From positions 195,029-259,028 of the forward strand of contig CAADGV010000007.1 of assembly GCA_900696645.1 (NCBI GenBank): a stretch of 64,000 nt of DNA, written 5' to 3'. A program made the position numbers and the translations under genes. Each line of letters begins with the position of its first letter. Positions within the stretch are counted from its first letter, which is position 1. A model generated the notes under the pieces. That model was not told the origin of the DNA and made no database searches. It saw nothing but the letters and a program-made list of their open reading frames with translations. Source of the DNA: an uncultured Chlorobiota bacterium (GTDB taxonomy: Bacteria; Bacteroidota; Ignavibacteria; UBA10030; UBA6906). Of the stretch, positions 1 to 9,707 are shown in pieces.

Positions 1-1176
1 TTGCGAACAGAGCCCGGAATCACGTTTTCACCTGAACGCGACGAATGTACGTTCACGATTAAAGATGTTACTATCGGTAGAGGGTTTCACTGGCAACGAA
101 AAGAAGATCAACAGTTCAGGGGAAGCTTGAAGCTTCTGCCAACGGATGAAGGCATTCTCGCGATCAATATCGTCAGTATCGAAAACTATCTTGCGAGCGT
201 TATTTCTTCGGAGATGAGTGCCAATGCCTCGGCGAATCTTCTATACGCTCATGCAGTGGCATCACGCAGTTGGCTGCTCGCGCAACTGGAGAGATCACGC
301 TCGCTCACATCAGAACATCACTCATATCCGACAGTTGTTGAAACAGACACCGAGCGCATCCGCTGGTACGATCGTGAGGAACATGAATTGTACGACGTGT
401 GCGCCGACGATCATTGCCAGCGATATCAGGGAATTACCAAGGCACATACGTCATCAGTCAGTGATGCAGTGGAGGCAACATTCGGAAAAGTTCTGATGTA
501 CGGCGGCCTGGTGTGTGATGCCCGGTTTTCGAAGTGTTGCGGCGGAATAACCGAATTGTTTGAAAATGTGTGGCAGCAGGAACCAAAACCGTATTTAACT
601 TCACGGCGTGACGGGCAATTGCGTGATGGGCAAGCCGATGTTTCGGCCGAATCTGATGCCGAGCGATGGATCTGTTCCAACCCGGATGCCTTCTGCAATA
701 CGTCTGATACACGAATCATCTCCCAAGTATTGATCTCGTATGATCAGGAGACAAGCGACTTCTTCCGCTGGAAGGTAGAATATGAACAGGACGAACTGTC
801 GGAAATTATGACGCGCCGCAGCGGCATTGATTTCGGAATGATACTGGATCTTGTACCGGTCGAACGCGGCAAATCGGGGCGGCTGACAAAGCTGAAAATC
901 GTCGGCTCGAAGCGAACATTGACAATCGGCAAGGAGTTGGAAATACGACGCACACTGTCGAATTCTCATCTCTACAGTTCAGCATTGTCAATTCAGCGGC
1001 AGAATGTGAAAGCGGGCGTGCCGTCACGTTTCGTTCTTCACGGTGCCGGATGGGGGCACGGTGTGGGAATGTGCCAGATTGGCGCCGCAGTGATGGGTGA
1101 TGCAGGCTACACAAGTGACAGAATTCTTTCCCATTATTTTCCCAATACAGAACTTATCCAATTGTATCAGGGGTAG
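1..1176 (+). CDS. SpoIID/LytB domain protein. The 5' end is truncated by the window edge.
   Basis: The ORF runs off the window start. The C-terminal motif GAGWGHGVGMCQIGAAVM is typical of the SpoIID/LytB family. Confidence 0.7.
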   Translation: MRTEPGITFSPERDECTFTIKDVTIGRGFHWQRKEDQQFRGSLKLLPTDEGILAINIVSIENYLASVISSEMSANASANLLYAHAVASRSWLLAQLERSRSLTSEHHSYPTVVETDTERIRWYDREEHELYDVCADDHCQRYQGITKAHTSSVSDAVEATFGKVLMYGGLVCDARFSKCCGGITELFENVWQQEPKPYLTSRRDGQLRDGQADVSAESDAERWICSNPDAFCNTSDTRIISQVLISYDQETSDFFRWKVEYEQDELSEIMTRRSGIDFGMILDLVPVERGKSGRLTKLKIVGSKRTLTIGKELEIRRTLSNSHLYSSALSIQRQNVKAGVPSRFVLHGAGWGHGVGMCQIGAAVMGDAGYTSDRILSHYFPNTELIQLYQG

Positions 1177-1183
1177 TTTGACG

Positions 1184-2950
1184 ATGCAGCGTTTATGTTG
1201 GACGGTTTTTCTTCAGATGTGTATTATTGGCATGCTTGCAGCCCAACCGGCAATCGACAAGTCACGCCTTTTCATCCTTCTTGTCGTACCCGAAGCCGAT
1301 ACGGTGACCACAACGACGGCGACGTACAGGCTGTCGGCGAGTACAAATCCCGGCAATGCCGTCACTGTCAACGGCAAGCAGTACAACGTGTACCCGTCAG
1401 GCGCATTTTGTGGAAAGCTTGATGTCGCCGTTGGCGAGAACGTCTTTACCATCACTGCGTCCACTGCCGCGGGCACGTCAATGTCAAAGACGTTCGTTAT
1501 TCTTCGTCCGAAGCCCATGGAAACGACGCGGCGTGACACCCTAATGCTCGAGGATGCGCTGATGATGCCGACTCACGATTTGTGGCTTGCGGAAGGTGAC
1601 ATCCTTCAGGTTCAGGTGAAGGGAACACCCGGAGGCAAAGCCACCTTTCTCAACGGCATACCGATGAGGGAGAGGCCCGTTTCACAAACACGCGGTATTG
1701 CAGGCATTTATCGAGGGACATACAAGGTAAAGGCCTCTGATACGTTGGTGAGTCAACGCATAACGTTTCAGCTTGAGGATAGCGTGGGGAACTCGGTCTC
1801 GCGTTCGACGTACGCACGGGTTTCATTCAAATCAAATACGCTTCCTGTAGTCGGCGTAACAAAGGGCGAACGCCCGTATCTGAATGCCGGATTGGGCGAT
1901 GACAGGCTCGGCGCATACAAGTTCTCGATCATCAATCCGGATATTCGCCTTCGGATCACTGGAAAAGTCGGCAACATGTTTCGCGTAGGCTTGACTGAGA
2001 ACCAGGAAGCATGGATTGAAGATACGTATGTTGATCTGCAGCCAGCCGGCACGTTCTTTCCCTCATCTCTCACAGGAAATATTACGGTCGGCGCCGAAGG
2101 AAATCAGGATGTCGTATCGATGTTTCTGAGCGACAGACTTCCTTACTCAACATCCCAACTCTCGAATCCGAACCGTATTGTCGTGAATGTGTACGGCGCT
2201 GCAACAAATACAAACGCCATCACTCATCAGTTGACGGCGAAGGAGATTACAAACGTTTATGTGAATCAGGCGGAGAAGTCTGTTTCCCGAATAACAATCG
2301 AGCTGAAAAGCAAACAGATGTGGGGCTATGAAATTGGATATGAAGGCACTTCTCTCAAAATAAAAGTCCGCCGCCAACCCGAAAGTCTGAAGCTGAAGTC
2401 CCTATCGTTTGCGATAGATGCCGGACACGGCGGAGACAACAAAGGCGCGTTGGGCTCAACGGGGGCTCTCGAAAAAGACGTCACGCTTGCAATTGCCTCT
2501 CATGTCCGAAGGATTCTTGAAGACGAGGGAGCTACCGTCATCTTTACGCGATCGGATGATACGAACCCCGGAATGACGGAGCGATTTCTAAAGGCGTACC
2601 GCGGAGGGGCGGATTTGCTCGTGAGCATACACGCAAACTCCATCGGCCTTACGGGCAATCCGGCGGATACCAAAGGAGCGGGCGCGTTTTACAAGCACAC
2701 ATCGCATAGATTCCTGTCTGAATTCATCTTGAAGGAAATGCTCAGGACGGGTCTCGATACGATCGGCAACGTCGGCAACTTTAACTTTGCGTTGCTCGGG
2801 CCGACTGAATTGCCATCAACACTTGTTGAGACGGCATTCATTTCCAATCCGGAAGATGAGATGAAGCTGTTGGACGATGACTTCCGGAAGGAACTCGCGA
2901 AGCGGATCGTTGACGGCATCTCACAATTCCTCGAATATTGTGATGAGTAA
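1184..2950 (+). CDS. N-acetylmuramoyl-L-alanine amidase (AmiC-like), with an N-terminal beta-rich domain and a signal peptide.
   Basis: The signal peptide reads MQRLCWTVFLQMCIIGMLAAQP. The C-terminal MurNAc-LAA catalytic domain carries AIDAGHGGDNKGA...E...SIHANS. The start was taken at the internal ATG that gives a signal peptide. Confidence 0.8.
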   Translation: MQRLCWTVFLQMCIIGMLAAQPAIDKSRLFILLVVPEADTVTTTTATYRLSASTNPGNAVTVNGKQYNVYPSGAFCGKLDVAVGENVFTITASTAAGTSMSKTFVILRPKPMETTRRDTLMLEDALMMPTHDLWLAEGDILQVQVKGTPGGKATFLNGIPMRERPVSQTRGIAGIYRGTYKVKASDTLVSQRITFQLEDSVGNSVSRSTYARVSFKSNTLPVVGVTKGERPYLNAGLGDDRLGAYKFSIINPDIRLRITGKVGNMFRVGLTENQEAWIEDTYVDLQPAGTFFPSSLTGNITVGAEGNQDVVSMFLSDRLPYSTSQLSNPNRIVVNVYGAATNTNAITHQLTAKEITNVYVNQAEKSVSRITIELKSKQMWGYEIGYEGTSLKIKVRRQPESLKLKSLSFAIDAGHGGDNKGALGSTGALEKDVTLAIASHVRRILEDEGATVIFTRSDDTNPGMTERFLKAYRGGADLLVSIHANSIGLTGNPADTKGAGAFYKHTSHRFLSEFILKEMLRTGLDTIGNVGNFNFALLGPTELPSTLVETAFISNPEDEMKLLDDDFRKELAKRIVDGISQFLEYCDE

Positions 2951-4232
2951 ACATCCGGCCAAGCGGAATCCGTGGGCGTGGGTTCCTTCGCTCTATTTCG
3001 CGCAAGGCCTTCCGTATGTTATCGTGATGACGGTTTCTGTCATTATGTACAAACGGCTCGGCATCTCGAACACCGACATCGCGTTGTACACAAGTTGGCT
3101 CTACCTTCCGTGGGTCATCAAGCCGCTCTGGAGTCCCGTCGTTGAGTTGTTCAAAACGAAACGCTATTGGATTGTCCTTCTGCAACTCGTTGTGGGAGCG
3201 TCACTTGCGTCGGTGGCGTTGACGATCCCCGTCGCGGGATTTTTTCAGTGGACTCTGGCCGTGTTCTGGCTGATGGCATTCAGTTCCGCCACGCATGACA
3301 TTGCCGCCGACGGATTCTACATGCTCAGTCTCGAGCCTCATCAGCAGGCGGCATACGTCGGGGTTCGCAGCACGTTCTATCGTATCGCGATGATTGCCGG
3401 ACAAGGATTGCTTGTTATGCTGGCCGGTCAGCTTGAAACGCGAACCGGCGGCGACATTCCCCTTGCTTGGTCGTTGACGTTTGGAGTTGTTGCCGCGTTG
3501 TTCATTCTCTTCTTCATCTATCACAAGTTTGTTCTTCCATATCCTTCTGCCGATGTTACAGCTACGCGAAGTTCTTCCGACACGGCATTGAAGGATTTCT
3601 TCAGGGTTTTTGTTCTCTTCTTCAAGAAGAAGAATATCGTTATCACGCTTGCGTTTCTTCTTTTGTATAGATTTGCAGAAGCGCAGCTTGTGAAACTGGC
3701 TTCACCGTTCATGCTCGATCCGATTGACAAGGGGGGATTAGGCCTGAGCACAACCGATGTCGGATTTGTGTACGGAACAGTTGGTATTGTTGCGCTGACC
3801 TTGGGCGGGTTGCTCGGAGGCTATGCAGTGTCCCGCCAAGGATTCAGGTTCTGGCTATTGTGGATGGTTCTCGCCATTAATGTACCTGATGCGGTTTACG
3901 TGTATCTATCATACATGCAGCCGGCGGATCTTTTTGTGATCAATGCCGGGGTTGCCCTTGAACAGTTCGGCTACGGATTCGGCTTCACCGCGTACCTGAT
4001 GTACATGCTTTATGTCTCACGCGGCGAGAATGCCACAGCGCATTACGCCATTTGTACGGGCATCATGGCGCTCGGCATGATGATTCCGGGCATGTTCAGC
4101 GGTTGGATTGAAGAGATGATCGGATATCGACATTTCTTTCTGTGGGTGTGTCTTGCAACCATCCCGAGCTTTGTCGTGGCTCTTCTAATCAAAGTCGAGC
4201 CGGAATTCGGAAAGAAAAGCGAAAGCGAATAA
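2943..4232 (+). CDS. ampG: AmpG-family MFS muropeptide permease.
   Basis: A 12-TM MFS profile, and an N-terminus [20 protein letters not shown] that matches the AmpG/MFS_1-like signature. Its start overlaps the amidase stop (ATGA). Confidence 0.7.
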   Translation: MSKHPAKRNPWAWVPSLYFAQGLPYVIVMTVSVIMYKRLGISNTDIALYTSWLYLPWVIKPLWSPVVELFKTKRYWIVLLQLVVGASLASVALTIPVAGFFQWTLAVFWLMAFSSATHDIAADGFYMLSLEPHQQAAYVGVRSTFYRIAMIAGQGLLVMLAGQLETRTGGDIPLAWSLTFGVVAALFILFFIYHKFVLPYPSADVTATRSSSDTALKDFFRVFVLFFKKKNIVITLAFLLLYRFAEAQLVKLASPFMLDPIDKGGLGLSTTDVGFVYGTVGIVALTLGGLLGGYAVSRQGFRFWLLWMVLAINVPDAVYVYLSYMQPADLFVINAGVALEQFGYGFGFTAYLMYMLYVSRGENATAHYAICTGIMALGMMIPGMFSGWIEEMIGYRHFFLWVCLATIPSFVVALLIKVEPEFGKKSESE

Positions 4233-4236
4233 ACCA

Positions 4237-5748
4237 ATGTCAAAGCCTATTACAGCATTTCTGCCCTATAGCGGAAAGCATTACACGAAACTGACCGTCG
4301 AACAACTCCGCCATTCGGGAGTCGTGGAGCGGATAGTTCTGCTAACGAACGGTCCGCACTACCATCATCTTGACGGATGCGAATCACTTCCCGTAGATAC
4401 CATCACGTCGAACCGGACACTGAGAGGCATAGCAAGAAAACTGGACACACACTTCGCGCTTATGTTTCTTCAGGATACATCCTACAGGCTCGGCCAGTTC
4501 ACGTTGGAACGGTTTCTCGATGTTGCGCAGAACACCGTCTCCGGACTTGTGTACTCGGATTACGAGAATCTGAAAGCAGGGCAGCGCGTGGCGCATCCCG
4601 TTCTCGACTATCAGGAGGGAAGCTTGCGGGATGATTTCGATTTCGGCCCGCTTCTTTTCTTCAATAGCGTCATCCTCAAAGAGTCGTTGAAGGAAACAGA
4701 CGACTTTGATTTTGCGGCAGCGGGATTGTATGCGCTCAGGCTTGCCATTTCGCGGCAAAGCCGCATCACGAGAATCAGGGAGTTTCTCTACCAAAAAACC
4801 GAGCGGGACGCGAGAAAATCCGGCGAAAAGCAGTTCGACTATGTTGACTCACGAAACCGGGATGCGCAAATCGAGATGGAGCTTGCTGTCAGCGATCACC
4901 TCAAGAAGGTCGGCGCTTTTTTGAAGCCCGACTTTGTTGACGTGGATTTGGAAGAAGGTGATTTCGATGTCGAGGCTTCCGTAATTATTCCGGTGAAGAA
5001 CCGCCGCAAAACAATTGCGGATGCCGTTGACTCCGCGCTGAAGCAGAAGACGAATTTCCGATTCAACATTATCATCGTGAACAACCACTCGACCGACGGC
5101 ACAACGGAACTTGTGAGACAGTATTCCGGGAGAGGAAGCCGGGTTGTCCACATCATCCCTGAGAGGGAAGATCTCGGCATCGGCGGATGCTGGAATGTTG
5201 CCCTGCACGACCATCATTGCGGACGCTATGCCGTGCAACTCGACAGCGACGACATATACAAGGACGAACGAACACTGCAGAGAATTGTGGATACCTTTCG
5301 TGCCGAGCGATGCGCGATGGTTGTCGGCTCCTATCTCATGACGAACCTCCGGCTGGAGGAAATTCCTCCCGGCATTATTGATCACAAGGAATGGACGCCG
5401 GACAACGGCAGGAACAATGCTCTACGAGTGAACGGGTTTGGCGCTCCGCGTGCATTCTTCACGCCCATTCTCCGGCGTGTAAAATTCCCGAATGTCAGCT
5501 ACGGTGAGGATTACGCAGCGGCTCTTGCCATCTCGCGTGACTATCGGATTGGACGAATCTACGAACCGATTTATGTGTGCAGGCGCTGGGAGGGAAATTC
5601 CGATGCCGACCTCGATATTGCACAACTCAATACGCACAATTTCTACAAAGACAAGATTCGAACGTTCGAGCTGCTCGCTCGTCAACGCAAAAATGCGATG
5701 AGGCAATCAACACCAACAACAAGAACGAAAGCGAGAAAACGCCGCTAA
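4237..5748 (+). CDS. Two-domain glycosyltransferase. The C-terminal half is GT2; the N-terminal ~240-aa domain is unknown.
   Basis: GT-A/GT2 signature: [23 protein letters not shown]...[12 protein letters not shown], followed by DSDD. Confidence 0.65.
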   Translation: MSKPITAFLPYSGKHYTKLTVEQLRHSGVVERIVLLTNGPHYHHLDGCESLPVDTITSNRTLRGIARKLDTHFALMFLQDTSYRLGQFTLERFLDVAQNTVSGLVYSDYENLKAGQRVAHPVLDYQEGSLRDDFDFGPLLFFNSVILKESLKETDDFDFAAAGLYALRLAISRQSRITRIREFLYQKTERDARKSGEKQFDYVDSRNRDAQIEMELAVSDHLKKVGAFLKPDFVDVDLEEGDFDVEASVIIPVKNRRKTIADAVDSALKQKTNFRFNIIIVNNHSTDGTTELVRQYSGRGSRVVHIIPEREDLGIGGCWNVALHDHHCGRYAVQLDSDDIYKDERTLQRIVDTFRAERCAMVVGSYLMTNLRLEEIPPGIIDHKEWTPDNGRNNALRVNGFGAPRAFFTPILRRVKFPNVSYGEDYAAALAISRDYRIGRIYEPIYVCRRWEGNSDADLDIAQLNTHNFYKDKIRTFELLARQRKNAMRQSTPTTRTKARKRR

Positions 5749-5752
5749 ACAT

Positions 5753-6769
5753 ATGCACACGAACTTCCTGCTCTCCGATTCCGATCTTTCCACATTCAAC
5801 GAAATCGAACATTGGTCCGATAGACTTGCTGCCCTGCTTGCGCATCAGATGCAATCGTGGAAGTTGCTGCGCAACAACTATGACGAACTGGCCGACATCA
5901 AAAGAAAGACGTTCAGGATTGATGGTTCTGCTCACGAAGTCCAATGGAATCCGGGCCGGATTGTTTCATCATCGGCAATGGTTGACGAGAAATCTGTTCG
6001 TGAGAGAAGTTGCTTTCTCTGCAAAGAGAATCTCCCGAAAGAGCAGCGGGGGATTGTGTACCGGGACGTGTTTCTCGTTCTTTGTAATCCTTTCCCGATT
6101 TTTCCCGAGCATTTCACGATCCCGCGTAAAGATCACACTCCGCAGGAGGTTCGTCAATCATTTCCAACACTGCTTGAACTCAGCAGGGATGTTTCTGATG
6201 GATATGTGATTTTGTACAACGGCCCGAAATGCGGAGCTTCTGCGCCAGATCATCTTCATTTCCACGCCGGAAGTAAAGGGTTTCTGCCGATTGAAGACGA
6301 ATACGAGAAATTGATTACGAAAACGGGAGAGAAAATTGCCGATTTCGGAGGGCTGCTCGCGTTCGCGGTCGGGGATTTCCTCCGGCCATTCGTGTCGATG
6401 GAATGTGATGATGAGGATCTGCTACAGGAGGCATTTATAAGATATTATGAGGTCGCCCGGCAACTGTCCGGCGGGCCTGACGAGCCGATGATGAATGTCA
6501 TGTCGTCATTTCAGGATGGTGAATGGCGCGTGATCATTTTCCCGCGGACGGCACATCGCCCGTCGTCTTTTCTTGAAGAAGGCGAAAAGAATATGATGGT
6601 AAGCCCGGCGGCGATTGATATGTGTGGCGTTATCACAACGCCGCTGGAGAAGGACTTCAACCGGATAACGGAAGATTACATCAGGCAGATGTTTCGCGAA
6701 GTATCGCCCTCACGCGAACAATTTACCGGTCTCGTACAGGCTGTTGCGGCCTCGCTTTCCGATCTCTAA
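5753..6769 (+). CDS. GalT-like HIT-superfamily nucleotidyltransferase or phosphorylase (DUF4922-like).
   Basis: A HIT motif H-phi-H-phi-H (DHLHFHAG), preceded by a Cys/His-rich segment CFLCKEN...PEHFTIPRKDH, as in GalT/Ap4A-phosphorylase-type branches. It is tightly linked to the GT2 gene, 5 nt downstream. Confidence 0.55.
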   Translation: MHTNFLLSDSDLSTFNEIEHWSDRLAALLAHQMQSWKLLRNNYDELADIKRKTFRIDGSAHEVQWNPGRIVSSSAMVDEKSVRERSCFLCKENLPKEQRGIVYRDVFLVLCNPFPIFPEHFTIPRKDHTPQEVRQSFPTLLELSRDVSDGYVILYNGPKCGASAPDHLHFHAGSKGFLPIEDEYEKLITKTGEKIADFGGLLAFAVGDFLRPFVSMECDDEDLLQEAFIRYYEVARQLSGGPDEPMMNVMSSFQDGEWRVIIFPRTAHRPSSFLEEGEKNMMVSPAAIDMCGVITTPLEKDFNRITEDYIRQMFREVSPSREQFTGLVQAVAASLSDL

Positions 6770-6787
6770 GTCCCTTCCGGTTCGGAG

Positions 6788-8275
6788 TCACATCCCGTAC
6801 TTCTCGCCCACCTCGCCGAGCGGCTTCTTGAACTTGAATCCGAACAACTCCGGATTATCTCCAATGACGGCTGCCGAGACAATGTAGAAGACGTAGTTGT
6901 AGGTTTCCTTCGGCAGCTTGTCTTTGTATTGACGGAAGAACGTCCAGAAGTTTCTGTCACGCGGATTCTGCGGCATCTTGCGAATCAATCCCTTCACAAC
7001 ATTGTGTCCCCAATTGTACGAGGCCATCACCAGCAAGCCCGATGCCTGCGCTTCCGTGTTGTAGATGTCTGCAATATATGCAGCAGCAGCTTTTGTGGAC
7101 TTGACGGGATCGTGCCGTTCATCTGCCGGGTCGAATTTCGCAAGCGCGGCGAGCGGGCCGACCTTCAATCCGTATTCTTGCGCCGTTGTTGCAATGAACT
7201 GCCACATTCCTTTTGCCACGCCGAACCGCGTCTGCGGGCCGACCTGCTCGCGTATGAAGTCGCTTTCCTGCAAGCCGAGATAGAAATAATGCGGGGGAAG
7301 ATTCTGTGATATCATCGCCTCCGAGATGTGCTGGATGTAGCCGTTCTCCTCGGCACGGGCGATTGCCTGGCGAAGACGCGGCGATTTCTTCCATTCACTG
7401 ATGTAGAACTTCACTTCTTTGACAAAATCTTCCGGCATGTTTATCTCGCATTCGCCAAAGACTCTCGCAACATGCAGAATGGCCTTGTCAACATCATCCT
7501 TCACATCGTAAATGCCCAACTGTTTGATGAACTCGTCGTACTTATCCTGAAGAGCCCGCCGCCGGGTGATGTACTTGGCCGCTTCTTCTTTCAATCCCGC
7601 ATCGCCCGATTGCGTGAGTTTCTGCACAAGCGCGGCGTAGTCGAGATCCATTTGCTTCAGTTGATAGAAAATATCCTCGGCAAGCGCTTTTTGCTCTTCA
7701 AGCTGCATGTGCTTGACGTACGCGTAAATTCCCGCGCCGATTGCTACAACAAGCACGGCGAGGATGATCTTCATGTACTTTCCCTTTTGTTTTTTTGAGA
7801 CCTGCTTGAAGGCTTTGCGTACCATCTGCGTGCGTTCGCCTGCCGGAGCAGAAGAGGATTCATCGAAATAATGCTTGATGACGCCCGAGAGTGACGGATC
7901 GGCCTGCGCTTGCGCTGAAGTCGGATCGATCACTTCTTCTCCCCCGACCGTGAAATAGACCAGCGGGCCGTTGATGCCGATACCGATTCGCGTTGTGCGT
8001 GTCAGGGGAATACGCTCGATCTTTGCCCCTTCCTTGTACGATCCGTTTGTACTCTTCAGATCTTCATACCACCAGCGATCGTCGACGAATTCGACCTTTG
8101 CATGGACCCTGCTCGAGGCCGTATCCTTCAACATCACATCACACTCCGCATCACGCCCGATTTTGAAGTCGTGTGTGAATTCGTACTTCTTCGTAGGCGA
8201 ACTGTCCCGCTCTATACGGATGGAAATGGGCGGAGGCGTAGTCGGGGCTTGTTTGGTCACTATCTTTGTGTCCAT
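6788..8275 (-). CDS. Membrane-anchored lytic transglycosylase (SLT family 1) with an N-terminal cytoplasmic FHA domain.
   Basis: The N-terminus has an FHA fold (FKIGRDAECDVMLKDTASSRVHAKVEF...EDLKSTNGSY). A single TM follows (YMKIILAVLVVAIGAGIYAYV). The C-terminus has the SLT catalytic ES motif (YFYLGLQESDF) and GVAKGMWQFIATTAQEYGL. Confidence 0.7.
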   Translation of the reverse strand: MDTKIVTKQAPTTPPPISIRIERDSSPTKKYEFTHDFKIGRDAECDVMLKDTASSRVHAKVEFVDDRWWYEDLKSTNGSYKEGAKIERIPLTRTTRIGIGINGPLVYFTVGGEEVIDPTSAQAQADPSLSGVIKHYFDESSSAPAGERTQMVRKAFKQVSKKQKGKYMKIILAVLVVAIGAGIYAYVKHMQLEEQKALAEDIFYQLKQMDLDYAALVQKLTQSGDAGLKEEAAKYITRRRALQDKYDEFIKQLGIYDVKDDVDKAILHVARVFGECEINMPEDFVKEVKFYISEWKKSPRLRQAIARAEENGYIQHISEAMISQNLPPHYFYLGLQESDFIREQVGPQTRFGVAKGMWQFIATTAQEYGLKVGPLAALAKFDPADERHDPVKSTKAAAAYIADIYNTEAQASGLLVMASYNWGHNVVKGLIRKMPQNPRDRNFWTFFRQYKDKLPKETYNYVFYIVSAAVIGDNPELFGFKFKKPLGEVGEKYGM

Positions 8276-8399
8276 ACGTTACCTGCGGCGAATGTGGTTG
8301 TGAAGTGATTAGAGAATCAGGCCGAAGGAAGGAGAATGCACGGCCCTGCTGCCACAATATACAAATTCAAAAGTGAAGGTCAAGAATGGGAAGTTCGAT

Positions 8400-9674
8400 T
8401 TAATACAGGAGATGCTTCCGGGAACGCGACGTGAAGGACTCTACATCTTTTCGCAAAAAATGGCTGAGGTCGTCATACTGCATTCGTTTGGTAAACAACG
8501 CCCGAACCTGACTTGACCCTGCAACTTTGTCGAACATGGAAATGCGTGAACTATCCGCAAGCAGGAATGGGTTCTTTGTCGGATACAGCTCGTTGTGAAC
8601 CTGCAGGCAGATGAACTGCAGGCTCATCAGATTCACCTTTGTGTAGTCTGCTATGTGAACTTGTACGCCTTTGAGCAACTTGTCCTTAAACTTTCCATAA
8701 AAAGGCGTGAACGTGATGGGACGAAACACAAGGCCGCTAATTGTCAACGCATTCAGCTTCTCGGCAAACTGTTTCGGGTCAATCCATTCCGCTGCAAATG
8801 TCTGGAACGGAATTGTGTAACCGACACCCTCCGAAATTACGCCTAACTCTCCGAGAATTCCCATGCTGACGTAATGCGCCGGTGAGTACGGGGCGGGAAT
8901 GTGGGGGGAAGTCTGCACCCACGGAAGTCCCGTTTCTGCGAACGTCATTGACCGCTTCCATCCCTTCATAGGCACGACGGTGAGTTTGCATTTCTTTTTC
9001 AGCATTCCCTCTTCATTCAACATTGTCGCAAGCTCGCCGCATGTGAGTCCGTACACATAGGGAATTGGATACTGACTGACGAATGACTCGAAACCTTTCT
9101 CGACTACATTGCCCTCCACCTTCTCGCCGCCAAGCGGGTTCGGACGATCGAGAACAATAAACTCGATATTGTTCTCTGCGGCCGCTTCCATTGCAAGTCC
9201 CATCGTGCTGATGTATGTGTACGAGCGGCAGCCGATATCTTGAATATCATACACAAGTGCATCAATTCCCTTCAGCATAGAGGCGGTAGGCTTTCGTGTC
9301 TTACCGTACAGAGAATAGACAGGAAGCCCGGTAGCGGGGTCCGTGGCATGCTCGACGTATTGTCCCGCCGGCACATTACCCCGCACGCCATGTTCGGGGC
9401 CGAAGAGAGCTACCAGCCTGAAGTTCTTTGCCGCGTGGAGGATGTCGATGGTTGCCTTGAGCTTCGAATCAACACCTGTCGGATTTGTAATTAGTCCGAC
9501 ACGCTTGCCTTTCAAAATGGCGAAACCGGATTCGCGAAGAACTTCGATGCCGGTACGGACAGTTGGAGTGTCCGAATAGGCGGGTCCGCAAGCCGCAGTA
9601 ACAACAGAAAGCAGCGTGAGAAATTTGGCAAGCATGATTGTTTCTGTATTGATTTCCTTGTCAAGGTATTTCAA
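8400..9674 (-). CDS. DUF1343 / NamZ-like exo-beta-N-acetylmuramidase-family protein.
   Basis: DUF1343 hallmarks GKRVGLITNPTGVD and FGPEHG. The likely true start is the second Met at 9635, which gives the lipoprotein-like signal MLAKFLTLLSVVTAAC. Confidence 0.6.
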   Translation of the reverse strand: MKYLDKEINTETIMLAKFLTLLSVVTAACGPAYSDTPTVRTGIEVLRESGFAILKGKRVGLITNPTGVDSKLKATIDILHAAKNFRLVALFGPEHGVRGNVPAGQYVEHATDPATGLPVYSLYGKTRKPTASMLKGIDALVYDIQDIGCRSYTYISTMGLAMEAAAENNIEFIVLDRPNPLGGEKVEGNVVEKGFESFVSQYPIPYVYGLTCGELATMLNEEGMLKKKCKLTVVPMKGWKRSMTFAETGLPWVQTSPHIPAPYSPAHYVSMGILGELGVISEGVGYTIPFQTFAAEWIDPKQFAEKLNALTISGLVFRPITFTPFYGKFKDKLLKGVQVHIADYTKVNLMSLQFICLQVHNELYPTKNPFLLADSSRISMFDKVAGSSQVRALFTKRMQYDDLSHFLRKDVESFTSRSRKHLLY

Positions 9675-9707
9675 TGGCTTCTGAAATGCAACACACCTTG
9701 GAACTTT

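Noticed and set aside
218-1114. A pile of overlapping 60-120 aa ORFs on both strands inside the SpoIID/LytB gene (for example 218-496 +, 426-719 -, 601-969 -).
   Set aside because: They are embedded in a well-supported longer CDS, have low-complexity Arg/Ser/Pro-rich translations and no RBS. This is typical spurious ORF noise for ~50% GC DNA.
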